Source: an uncultured Actinomycetota bacterium
GTDB taxonomy: Bacteria; Actinomycetota; Actinomycetes; JAFAQI01
Direction of reading: 5' to 3'
Assembly (NCBI GenBank): GCA_963770565.1
Contig: CAVYQE010000011.1
Coordinates: forward strand, 288,001-352,000
DNA: 64,000 nt
This document shows positions 38,328-47,092 of the stretch, in pieces (within the stretch, counting starts at the first letter, position 1; each line of letters starts with the position of its first letter). The position numbers and the translations under genes are program-made. Under the pieces are notes generated by a model. The model was given only the letters and a program-made list of their open reading frames with translations, was not told the DNA's origin and searched no databases.

Positions 38328-40871
38328 TCACATGGTGACGTCGACGGAGACCGCACCGCCCTCGGTGGGCTCGAAGCTGATCGCCTCGATCTTGCCCGCG
38401 CTGGCAAGATCGTCGCTCGCCAAGCGAATCAGATCGAGATCGGACGTGGTGCCCCGCACCACGGCGCGCAACACTGGAGTGCGCATCGACACCTGGGCGG
38501 TCGACTTCGCGCCTCGCACCTGCGAGAGCGCGACACCGACGAGGGTCAGCAGCGTGGGTTCCGTGCCGACCACGCTGCTGACCCTCACCTCGTCAGCAAT
38601 GGGCCAGCTCGCGCGGTGGATCGAGCCTTCCTTCCACCACGACCAGACCTCCTCGGTGACGTAGGGCATGAACGGCGCGAATAGTCGAAGCAGCACGTCG
38701 AGCGCGGTACCAAGAGCGGCGCGAGCCGAGGCCACGCCCGCGTCGCCGCGCGAGCCGTACGCCCGCTCCTTGACCAGCTCCACGTAGTCGTCGCAGAAGG
38801 TCCAGAAGAACGTCTCGGTGGTCTCCAAGGCACGGGTGTAGTCGTAGCCGGCGAGGGAGCTCGTGGCGTCCTCGACCACCGTCTCGAGCTGGGCGAGCAT
38901 TGCGGCATCGAGGGGATCGGTCACCGCGCCGAGGTCCGGGGTGGCGCCCATCGACAGGGCGAACTTCGAGGCGTTGAGCACCTTGATCGCGAGCCGCCGG
39001 CCGACCTTCATCTGGGTCTCGTCGAACGGAGTGTCGGTGCCGGGCCGGGTGGTCGCCGCCCGCCAGCGCACCGCGTCCGACCCGTACGTCGAGAGGATCT
39101 CGGCGGGTCCGACCTCGGCGTTGCCCTTGGACTTGCTGATCTTCTCCCGCTTGGGGTCGACGACGAAGCCGGAGATCGCGGCGTGCGCCCACGGCAGGAC
39201 GTCGTGCTCGAGGTGGCTTCGCACCACAGTGGCGAACAACCAGGTGCGGATGATGTCGTGCGCCTGCGGCCGCAGGTCCATCGGGAAGACCCGCGGGAAC
39301 AGGTCCTCGTCCCGTCCCCAGCCACTCGTGATCTGCGGCGACAGCGACGACGTCGCCCAGGTGTCCATGACGTCCGGGTCGCCGATGAAACCGCCCGGCG
39401 CACCGCGCTGTGACTCGTCGTACCCGGGTGGGCACTCGCTGGACGGGTCGACCGGCAGGGCCGCCTCGTCCGCGGTGACCGGGTGGTCGTAGTCGGGCTC
39501 GCCCTCGGCGTCGAGGCGGTACCAGATCGGGAACGGGACGCCGAAGTAGCGCTGCCGGCTGACCAGCCAGTCACCGGCGAGCCCCTCGACCCAGTTCTCG
39601 TATCGGGTCTGCATGTACGTCGGGTGCCAGTCCAGGTCGCGGCCACGCTTCAGCAGCGCCTCGCGGAGCTCGGGATCGCGACCACCGTTGCGGATGTACC
39701 ACTGCCGCGACGTCACGATCTCCAGCGGCCGGTCGCCCTTCTCGTAGAACTTCACCGGGTGGGTGATCGGCTTCGGCTCGCCCTCGAGCGCTCCGGACTC
39801 GCGCAGCATCGAGACGATCTCCTCGCGAGCCGAGAACACGGTCTTGCCCGCAACCCGGGAGTATGCGGCGTCGTCCACCTCCGCGGGCGGCTCGGCGAGC
39901 AGCCGGCCGTCGACCCCGATGATCGCGCGGGTCGGCAGCTGCAGCTCGCGCCACCAGATCACGTCGGTCAGATCGCCGAACGTGCAGATCATCGCGATGC
40001 CGGTCCCCTTGTCGGGGGCGGCGAGGCGATGTGCGAGGACCGGCACCTCCACGCCGAACAACGGCGTGCGGACGGACCGGCCGAACAGCGGCTGGTAGCG
40101 CTCGTCGTCGGGGTGGGCGACGAGGGCGACGCAGGCCGGGATCAGCTCAGGCCGGGTGGTCTCGATCCGGACCGGCTCGCCGCCGTCCACCCGCGCGAAT
40201 GCGATCCGGTGGTACGCACCGGGCGCCTCGCGGTCCTGGAGCTCGGCCTGCGCGACGGCGGTGCGGAATGTGATGTCCCACAGCGTCGGTGCCTCGGCCT
40301 GGTACGCCTCGCCCCTGGCCAGGTTGTGGAGGAACCCTCGTTGGGCCACGGCTCGGGCCTGGTGCCCGATCGTCGTATAGGTGTGGTTCCAGTCGACCGA
40401 CAGGCCGAGCTGACGCCACAGTGCCTCGTACCGCTTCTCGTCCTCCAGCGTCAGCTCCTCGCAGAGCTCGACGAAGTTGCGTCGCGAGATCGACTCCTGG
40501 TCCTTCGCGGCCTTGGCCTCGCCGTGGTACCGCGGCTCGTAAACCGGGTCGTACGCAAGCGACGGGTCGCAGCGCACGCCGTAGAAGTTCTGCACCCGGC
40601 GCTCGGTCGGCAGGCCGTTGTCGTCGAAGCCGATCGGGTAGAAGACCTCGCGGCCGCGCATCCGCTGGAAGCGGGCGATCAGGTCAGTGTGGGTGTAGGA
40701 GAAGACGTGTCCAACGTGGAGGGCACCGCTGACGGTCGGTGGCGGGGTGTCGATCGAGTAGATCTCACCGCGCTCGCGGGTGCGGTCAAACCGGTAGGTC
40801 CCCTGGATCTCCCACGTCGCCGACCATTTGGCTTCGAGGCCGTCGAGGGTCGGCTTCTCAGGAACGCTCAC
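38328..40871 (-). CDS. valS: Valine--tRNA ligase (short type without C-terminal coiled-coil arm)
   Basis: DTPPPTVSGALHVGH, SRQRYFG, MDTWATS and KISKS. Confidence 0.96.
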   Translation of the reverse strand: MSVPEKPTLDGLEAKWSATWEIQGTYRFDRTRERGEIYSIDTPPPTVSGALHVGHVFSYTHTDLIARFQRMRGREVFYPIGFDDNGLPTERRVQNFYGVRCDPSLAYDPVYEPRYHGEAKAAKDQESISRRNFVELCEELTLEDEKRYEALWRQLGLSVDWNHTYTTIGHQARAVAQRGFLHNLARGEAYQAEAPTLWDITFRTAVAQAELQDREAPGAYHRIAFARVDGGEPVRIETTRPELIPACVALVAHPDDERYQPLFGRSVRTPLFGVEVPVLAHRLAAPDKGTGIAMICTFGDLTDVIWWRELQLPTRAIIGVDGRLLAEPPAEVDDAAYSRVAGKTVFSAREEIVSMLRESGALEGEPKPITHPVKFYEKGDRPLEIVTSRQWYIRNGGRDPELREALLKRGRDLDWHPTYMQTRYENWVEGLAGDWLVSRQRYFGVPFPIWYRLDAEGEPDYDHPVTADEAALPVDPSSECPPGYDESQRGAPGGFIGDPDVMDTWATSSLSPQITSGWGRDEDLFPRVFPMDLRPQAHDIIRTWLFATVVRSHLEHDVLPWAHAAISGFVVDPKREKISKSKGNAEVGPAEILSTYGSDAVRWRAATTRPGTDTPFDETQMKVGRRLAIKVLNASKFALSMGATPDLGAVTDPLDAAMLAQLETVVEDATSSLAGYDYTRALETTETFFWTFCDDYVELVKERAYGSRGDAGVASARAALGTALDVLLRLFAPFMPYVTEEVWSWWKEGSIHRASWPIADEVRVSSVVGTEPTLLTLVGVALSQVRGAKSTAQVSMRTPVLRAVVRGTTSDLDLIRLASDDLASAGKIEAISFEPTEGGAVSVDVTM

Positions 40872-40903
40872 AGCGCACGAGTCTAGGAGTCAGCTCTAGC
40901 ATC

Positions 40904-42253
40904 GTGCCCGTGACTTTCGGCGAGGTCGATCCGCTGGCGCGGGTCGAGAAGGTGCTCGAGGAGCGGTTCCCGACCCGGATGGTTCCGGACCTCGACCGGA
41001 TCGTCGACCTGCTTCGCCTGCTCGGCGACCCTCAGCTCAGCTATCCGTCGATCCACATCACCGGCACCAACGGCAAGACCTCGACCGCGCGGATGATCGA
41101 CGCCCTGCTGCGCGAGCTCGGCCTCCGGACCGGCCGCTACACCTCGCCGCACCTCGAGAGCGTGACCGAGCGGATCTGTGTCGACGGCGAACCGCTGTCC
41201 GACGAACGCTTCGCCGAGGAGTACGACGAGGTCGCGCCGTTCGCTGAGATCGTCGATGGCCGCCACCCCGACCGGGTCACCTTCTTCGAGCTCCTGACCG
41301 CGATGGGGTTCGCCGCCTTCGCCGATGCCCCGGTCGATGCCGCTGTGGTCGAGGTCGGGCTGGGCGGACGCTGGGACGCGACCAACGTCGTGAATGCCCC
41401 GGTGGCGGTCGTCCTGCCGATCAGCCTCGACCACGTGGGGATCCTCGGCCCGACGATCGAAGCCATCGCCATCGAGAAGGCCGGCCTCATCCACGAGGGT
41501 GCAACCGTGATCTGCGCGATCCAGCCCGAGGATGTCGTGCGGGTGCTCGTGGAGCGCGCCGCCATGGTCGGGGCGACGATCCTCGCCGAAGGGCTGACCT
41601 TCGGGGTGCGTACCCGCTCGGTGGCGGTCGGCGGTCAGCTGCTCGAGCTGCAAGGTCTCGCCGGCGTGTACCACGACATCTTCCTGCCGCTTCATGGCGC
41701 GCATCAGGCCGGCAACGCCGCCTGCGCGCTGGCGGCGGTCGAGGCGTTCCTCGGGGCAGCCGACCGGGAGCCGCTCGATGCCGACCTGGTCCGGGCCGCC
41801 TTCGCCAAGGTCAGCTCGCCCGGCCGGCTCGAGGTCCTCCGGCGCAACCCGACGGTGTTGATCGACGGGGCACACAACCCCGCCGGAGCCGGCGCGTTGG
41901 CGGCCGCCTTGCAGGACGCGTTCACCTTCGACCAGCTGGTCGCGGTGGTGGCGATCCTCGACGACAAGGACGCAGCCGGTGTACTGGCCGAGCTCGAACC
42001 GGTCGTCACCTCGGTCGTCGCGACCACCAACTCCTCGCCCCGGGCGATGCCGGCGGCCGTGCTCGCGGAGGTGGCGCGGGACGTTTTCGGGCCCGACCGG
42101 GTCGAGGTCAGGGACCGGCTCGACGACGCGATCGACCTCGCCGTTGCGAAGGCGGAGAGCGACGCAGCGCTGGGTGGAGCCGGCGTGATCGTGACCGGGT
42201 CGATCGTGACCGTCGGCGAGGCCCGGCACCTGCTGCGGGGGCCCGGACGGTGA
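40904..42253 (+). CDS. folC: Folylpolyglutamate synthase/dihydrofolate synthase
   Basis: ITGTNGKTS, YTSPHL, EVGLGGRWDATN and DGAHNPAG; start GTG at 40904 or 40910. Confidence 0.95.
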   Translation: MPVTFGEVDPLARVEKVLEERFPTRMVPDLDRIVDLLRLLGDPQLSYPSIHITGTNGKTSTARMIDALLRELGLRTGRYTSPHLESVTERICVDGEPLSDERFAEEYDEVAPFAEIVDGRHPDRVTFFELLTAMGFAAFADAPVDAAVVEVGLGGRWDATNVVNAPVAVVLPISLDHVGILGPTIEAIAIEKAGLIHEGATVICAIQPEDVVRVLVERAAMVGATILAEGLTFGVRTRSVAVGGQLLELQGLAGVYHDIFLPLHGAHQAGNAACALAAVEAFLGAADREPLDADLVRAAFAKVSSPGRLEVLRRNPTVLIDGAHNPAGAGALAAALQDAFTFDQLVAVVAILDDKDAAGVLAELEPVVTSVVATTNSSPRAMPAAVLAEVARDVFGPDRVEVRDRLDDAIDLAVAKAESDAALGGAGVIVTGSIVTVGEARHLLRGPGR

Positions 42254-42633
42254 GCAACGGCTCGGCCGCGAACGGCTCGGGCGCACCTGGACCGAGCGGC
42301 GCGGGCGAGGCGCCGCGCGGTCTCTACGCGATCGGCTCGGCGGGGCTGGCGATCGAGGCGATCGTCCTGCTGCTCGCCGGGCCGGCGGTGCTCAGCCTCG
42401 AGCGCGGTCACGTCTCGGCGCTTCGGGTCGGCTACCTGTTTGCGCTCGCAGTCCTGCTGATCATCGCTGCGGCCCGGCTCCGCAAGCGCGGCGGGAAGGT
42501 GTTCGCGACCGCGCTGCAGGTGCTGGTCGTCGCGGGCGGGGTGGTCACCTGGCCGATGTACGTCGTGGGGCTCGCGTTTGCCGCGATCTGGATCTACTGG
42601 TTGCGGCTGTGGCCGCGCACCCGCCCGACCTGA
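42250..42633 (+). CDS. DUF4233 family membrane protein
   Basis: Small multi-TM protein overlapping the folC stop, at the usual folC-DUF4233-ndk position. Confidence 0.8.
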   Translation: MSNGSAANGSGAPGPSGAGEAPRGLYAIGSAGLAIEAIVLLLAGPAVLSLERGHVSALRVGYLFALAVLLIIAAARLRKRGGKVFATALQVLVVAGGVVTWPMYVVGLAFAAIWIYWLRLWPRTRPT

Positions 42634-42664
42634 CCGACCCGCCGGCCCCACCCGCCACATACGC

Positions 42665-42744
42665 ATGGCCCATTGGTGGCGCTATAGCCCCACCAATGGG
42701 CCATCAGTGGGGCGATAGCCCCACCAATGGGCCATCCGTGGGGC
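42665..42744. repeat. Family A 80-bp element, left flank of the nuclease gene
   Basis: 40-bp imperfect palindrome ATGGCCCATTGGTGGCGCTA|TAGCCCCACCAATGGGCCAT plus a further 31-bp-period unit. Confidence 0.92.
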
Positions 42745-42831
42745 CGTCCACATGAGCTGGAGGCAGCGCGGCCGTCCACTGCTCGTGGTCGGCTCAGCTG
42801 CGGTCAGGCGGCCGTGGCTGATTGTGGACCC

Positions 42832-43791
42832 ATGGACGCCACGCTGTTTGCGATCCTCGCCCGGCAGGACAACGTCATCACCCGTGGCCAGGCCTTACAG
42901 CTGATGTCCCTGGACACGCTCCGGCATTGCCTGCGCACTCGCTGGCAGATCATGCTTCCGGGTGTCTACCTCGCCCAGACTGGCTCGCCTTCGCGCCGCC
43001 AGCGCCTACGTGCCGCGCTTCTCTATGGCGGGCGGTCAGCGCAGTTGGCGGACGCGACCGCGCTCCGGGGATACGGCGTCCGGTACCTGCCACCGGATCC
43101 GACGGTGCGAGTCCTGTTGGCTGCCGAGACGAAGCGAGCGAATCGTGACGGAGTAGAGGTCCGACGTACCCACCGGCCACCGCGGCCACGCATCGTCGAC
43201 GGATTGCCGCACTGCCCGCCCGAGCGAGCGCTGGTCGAGTTTGCCGCGCGGATCAGCGAACGGCGCGTTGCGACCGCGGTGGTCGCAGACGCGGTGCAGC
43301 GGGGGGTCGCCCTACCTGAACGCGTTGCCCTGGAGGTGCGACACATCACCGGCCGGGGTGCCGGGCTTGCTCGGCTGACGGTGGCAGACGTCGTGGGCGG
43401 TGCAAGGTCGGCCCCGGAAGTCGACCTGGTCGCGATCTGCGCGCGGTCGACGGTCCTGCCGCCGCCGCTGCTTAACAGTCTGTTGCTCCTGCCGAACGGT
43501 CGAAAGGTCAGCCCTGACGCGCTGTGGAGGGATGCCGGACTGGTGCACGAGACGAACAGCCGCGAGCATCACGCCGGCGAGGACCTGTTCGACGACACCC
43601 AATCTCGCCACGACCTGCTGACCGAGGCGGGCCTCACCGTCCTTCACGACTCGCCGAGGCAACAGCAACGTGAACCGGAACGAATCCTCCGCCAACTCGA
43701 GTCCTGCTACCTCCGGCTGGCCGGAAGCGGCCTCCCGCCGGGCGTCGTCCTGCTGCGCGAGCATCCCGATGGCCCATACATGGGGCTATAG
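42832..43791 (+). CDS. AbiEi-like protein with C-terminal DUF559/Vsr-like nuclease domain
   Basis: ARQDNVITRGQA and PGVYL N-terminus, CPPERALVE core, then RSAPE...SPDALW...HETNSREHH...RHDLLTEAGLTVL. Confidence 0.75.
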   Translation: MDATLFAILARQDNVITRGQALQLMSLDTLRHCLRTRWQIMLPGVYLAQTGSPSRRQRLRAALLYGGRSAQLADATALRGYGVRYLPPDPTVRVLLAAETKRANRDGVEVRRTHRPPRPRIVDGLPHCPPERALVEFAARISERRVATAVVADAVQRGVALPERVALEVRHITGRGAGLARLTVADVVGGARSAPEVDLVAICARSTVLPPPLLNSLLLLPNGRKVSPDALWRDAGLVHETNSREHHAGEDLFDDTQSRHDLLTEAGLTVLHDSPRQQQREPERILRQLESCYLRLAGSGLPPGVVLLREHPDGPYMGL

Positions 43792-43848
43792 CCCCACCGA
43801 TGGGCCATGCGTGGGGCTATAGGCCCACCAATGGGCCATGCGTGGGGC
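43769..43848. repeat. Family A 80-bp element, right flank (contains the gene's TAG stop)
   Basis: 70/80 identical to 42665-42744 in direct orientation by manual alignment. Confidence 0.92.
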
Positions 43849-43863
43849 ACTAGGGTGTTGCGG

Positions 43864-44274
43864 GTGAGCGAGCGGACCCTGGTCCTGATCAAGCCCGATG
43901 CGGTCCGCCGCGGCCTCATCGGGGAGATCGTCGGGCGCCTCGAACGCAAGGGCTTCACGATCCTGGGAATGCAGCTGCGCACGCTCGATGTCGAGATCGC
44001 GAGCCGGCATTACGCCGAGCACGACGGCAAGCCGTTCTTCGGCGAACTGGTCGAGTTCATCACCGGCGGGCCGCTGGTGGCCCTCGCGGTCGAGGGTCAC
44101 CGCGCCGTCGAGGCGGTCCGGACCCTGATGGGCGTGACCGATCCGATCGCCTCGACCCCTGGCTCGATCCGCGGCGACTTCGCCCTGGAGATCAGTCAGA
44201 ACCTCGTCCATGGCTCCGACTCACCCGAGGCGGCCGCCCGCGAGCTCGGCCTGTTCTTCCCCGATTTGGCCTGA
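43864..44274 (+). CDS. ndk: Nucleoside diphosphate kinase
   Basis: [20 protein letters not shown] and NLVHGSDS. Confidence 0.96.
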   Translation: MSERTLVLIKPDAVRRGLIGEIVGRLERKGFTILGMQLRTLDVEIASRHYAEHDGKPFFGELVEFITGGPLVALAVEGHRAVEAVRTLMGVTDPIASTPGSIRGDFALEISQNLVHGSDSPEAAARELGLFFPDLA

Positions 44275-44430
44275 CCAACCCTCCCCACGCCGCCCGGCCG
44301 GGCCGAGACAGGTCGCTGAGCGGGCATTTCGGCGTACGTCGGATCAGCGCTAGCATCGGGCCTGCCCCCGGTAGCGCGGCTTTTGCGAGTGCAGCGCTCA
44401 GATTCCCCGTCCTGGAAGGCGTGCGCCGAT

Positions 44431-45462
44431 ATGGCGAACAACAGCGGATTCCTCGGTCGCGATATGGCCGTCGACCTCGGCACAGCGAACACGTTGGTCT
44501 ACGTCCGTGGCCGCGGCATCGTGCTCAACGAGCCCAGCGTGGTCGCGATCAACACCAACACCGCCGGCATTCTCGCGGTCGGCACCGAGGCCAAGCGGAT
44601 GATCGGGCGCACGCCCGGCAACATCGTCGCGATCCGCCCGCTGAAGGACGGCGTGATCGCCGACTTCGAGACCACCGAGCGGATGCTGCGCTACTTCATC
44701 CAGAAGGTGCACCGTCGCCGCCGGACCGCTCGCCCGCGCCTGGTCATCTGCGTGCCCAGCGGGATCACCGGGGTAGAGCAGCGCGCGGTCAAGGACGCCG
44801 GATACCAGGCGGGCGCCCGCAAGGTGTTCATCATCGAAGAGCCGATGGCGGCCGCAATCGGCGCCGGCCTGCCGGTGCACGAGCCGACCGGCAACATGGT
44901 CGTCGACATCGGCGGCGGCACGACCGAGGTCGCAGTGATCTCCCTCGGCGGCATTGTCACCAGCCAGTCGATCCGCACCGGCGGCGACGAGCTCGACGCG
45001 TCGATCATCGCCTACGTGAAGAAGGAATACAGCCTGATGCTCGGCGAGCGGACGGCTGAAGAAATCAAGATGGCGATCGGCTCGGCGTTCCCCGCACCGG
45101 ACGAGCCCGGCGCGGAGATCCGCGGCCGTGACCTCGTCACCGGCCTGCCCAAGACGATCCTGGTCAGCGCAGACGAGATTCGTAAGGCGATCGAGGAGCC
45201 GGTCAACGCGATCGTCGACGCGGTCAAGACGACCCTCGACAAGACCCCGCCCGAACTCTCCGGTGACGTGATGGACCGCGGCATCGTGCTGACCGGCGGC
45301 GGCGCGCTACTCGCCGGCCTCGATGAGCGGCTCCGGCACGAGACCGGCATGCCGATCCACGTCACCGACGACCCGCTCAACTCGGTCGCCATGGGTGCCG
45401 GCAAGTGCGTCGAGGAGTTCGAGGCGCTCCAGCAGGTCTTGATCTCCGAGCCCCGGCGATAG
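44431..45462 (+). CDS. mreB: Rod shape-determining protein MreB
   Basis: [26 protein letters not shown] and LTGGGALL. Confidence 0.97.
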   Translation: MANNSGFLGRDMAVDLGTANTLVYVRGRGIVLNEPSVVAINTNTAGILAVGTEAKRMIGRTPGNIVAIRPLKDGVIADFETTERMLRYFIQKVHRRRRTARPRLVICVPSGITGVEQRAVKDAGYQAGARKVFIIEEPMAAAIGAGLPVHEPTGNMVVDIGGGTTEVAVISLGGIVTSQSIRTGGDELDASIIAYVKKEYSLMLGERTAEEIKMAIGSAFPAPDEPGAEIRGRDLVTGLPKTILVSADEIRKAIEEPVNAIVDAVKTTLDKTPPELSGDVMDRGIVLTGGGALLAGLDERLRHETGMPIHVTDDPLNSVAMGAGKCVEEFEALQQVLISEPRR

Positions 45463-45527
45463 TCGAGCCGGACCGGTACGACGGGTGACCGTCGTACCGT
45501 TCTCCCCACGATGAATCGCGTCCAGGT

Positions 45528-46523
45528 ATGAGGAGCTCACGTCGGGGTCGGCTGGTCCTGACCATCCTGCTGCTGGCCGCGTTCACCCTGATCACCGTCG
45601 ACTATCGCTCGGGCACACTCAACAGCGTCCGCAACGTCGCCGAGGACGTCTTCGGCCCGATCGAGGATGTGGTCAGCGACGTCACGCACCCGATCGGGTC
45701 GTGGTTCTCCTCGGTCGGCCATCTCGGCAGCTACAAGCACGAGAACCAGGACCTGAAGAACCAGATCGCCAAGCTGCAGTCGCAGCTGCACCTAAGCGCG
45801 CTGGAGCGCAGTGAGCTCGCGCAGGAACAGAAGATCCTGCACCTCGCGAGCGTCGCGCAGTTCCGCGTCGTGGCCGCGCAGGTCACCGCAATCGGGGGCG
45901 GGTTCGGCACGGACCAGACCGCGACGATCAACCGCGGCAGCGCCAACGGGATCCGGGTCAACCAGACCGTGATCAACGCCGACGGGCTCGTCGGCCGGAC
46001 GATCACGGTCGGTCGTAACACCTCGACGATCCTGCTCGGCGATGATCCGACCTTCGCCGTCGGTGCCCGGCTCTCGGCACCGCAGCCCGAGCTCGGGAAC
46101 GTGCAGGGCGGCGGCCCCAACAAGGCGATGACCCTGACCTTGTACAACACGACCACCACGCTCACCGTGGGTGAGAACCTGGTCACCGCGGGTGACCCGC
46201 TCTACCACGACCAGCCGTTCGTCCCCGAGGTGCCGATCGGGCAGATCACCTCGGTGGTGCCGGCGCATCTCGGGCTGTCGCAGACCGCGCTCGTCAAGCC
46301 GTTCGTCGACTTCTCGGCGATCGACATCGTGGCAATCGTCGTGCACGCACCGGCGACGGTGAAGCACGACAGTCTGTTGCCGCACGCACCGACCCCCGCG
46401 CCGACGGTGACCGTGACGGTCACCACCACACCCGGCGCGCCCGGGCAGAGCTCGCCGCCGCCCGGCACGACGGGGAGTTCGCCGCCGGCCAACCGCTCGT
46501 CCAGCACGAGTTCGAGCCCGTGA
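45528..46523 (+). CDS. mreC: Rod shape-determining protein MreC
   Basis: TM helix, coiled coil, INRGSANGI and GLVGR; follows mreB. Confidence 0.9.
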   Translation: MRSSRRGRLVLTILLLAAFTLITVDYRSGTLNSVRNVAEDVFGPIEDVVSDVTHPIGSWFSSVGHLGSYKHENQDLKNQIAKLQSQLHLSALERSELAQEQKILHLASVAQFRVVAAQVTAIGGGFGTDQTATINRGSANGIRVNQTVINADGLVGRTITVGRNTSTILLGDDPTFAVGARLSAPQPELGNVQGGGPNKAMTLTLYNTTTTLTVGENLVTAGDPLYHDQPFVPEVPIGQITSVVPAHLGLSQTALVKPFVDFSAIDIVAIVVHAPATVKHDSLLPHAPTPAPTVTVTVTTTPGAPGQSSPPPGTTGSSPPANRSSSTSSSP

Positions 46524-47029
46524 CCACCCGGCGGATCGCCTACCGGGTGGTGATCGTCTTCGCCGCCGCAATCCTCCAGGTCGTCGTGATCAACCAGATC
46601 CCGTTGCCGGGCGGCCACCCGGATCTGCTCGTGCTCGTCGTGGTAGCGATTGCCCTCGCCTCGGGCCCCGAGCGCGGGGCGATGTTCGGCTTCTTCGCCG
46701 GGTTTGTGGCCGATGTGCTCCCGCCGGCCGGGCACATCGCGGGGCGGCTGGCGTTCGCCTACACCCTCGTCGGCTACCTGGCCGGGTTGCTCGACGACCC
46801 GGAGGAGACCTCCGTCTTCGCCACGATCCTGGTGGTCGCGGCCGGGTCCGCGACGGTGGTGCTGGTCTATTCCGGGATCGGCGCGCTGCTTGGCGATGTC
46901 CGGATCACCGGCCACTCGACGATTCATTCGCTGATTCCAACGGTTGTCTACGATGTGGTACTGGCACCTTTCGTGGTCCCGTTGGTTTCGGCTGTGGCAC
47001 GCCGCTTGGAGCCGGCCGGATCCCGATAG
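46520..47029 (+). CDS. mreD: Rod shape-determining protein MreD
   Basis: Hydrophobic protein with PDLLVL and GFFAGFVAD. Confidence 0.9.
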   Translation: MTTRRIAYRVVIVFAAAILQVVVINQIPLPGGHPDLLVLVVVAIALASGPERGAMFGFFAGFVADVLPPAGHIAGRLAFAYTLVGYLAGLLDDPEETSVFATILVVAAGSATVVLVYSGIGALLGDVRITGHSTIHSLIPTVVYDVVLAPFVVPLVSAVARRLEPAGSR

Positions 47030-47092
47030 CCGCACCGCCCGCGCACACCGACCACCCGCCCGCACGGATCGCCTGACCGAGAGCACCTATCT

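Noticed and set aside
42727-43863. Extended N-termini of the nuclease gene (from 42727) and ndk (from 43807)
   Set aside because: These ATGs come from the family A repeat; family-typical sequence starts at 42832 and 43864.
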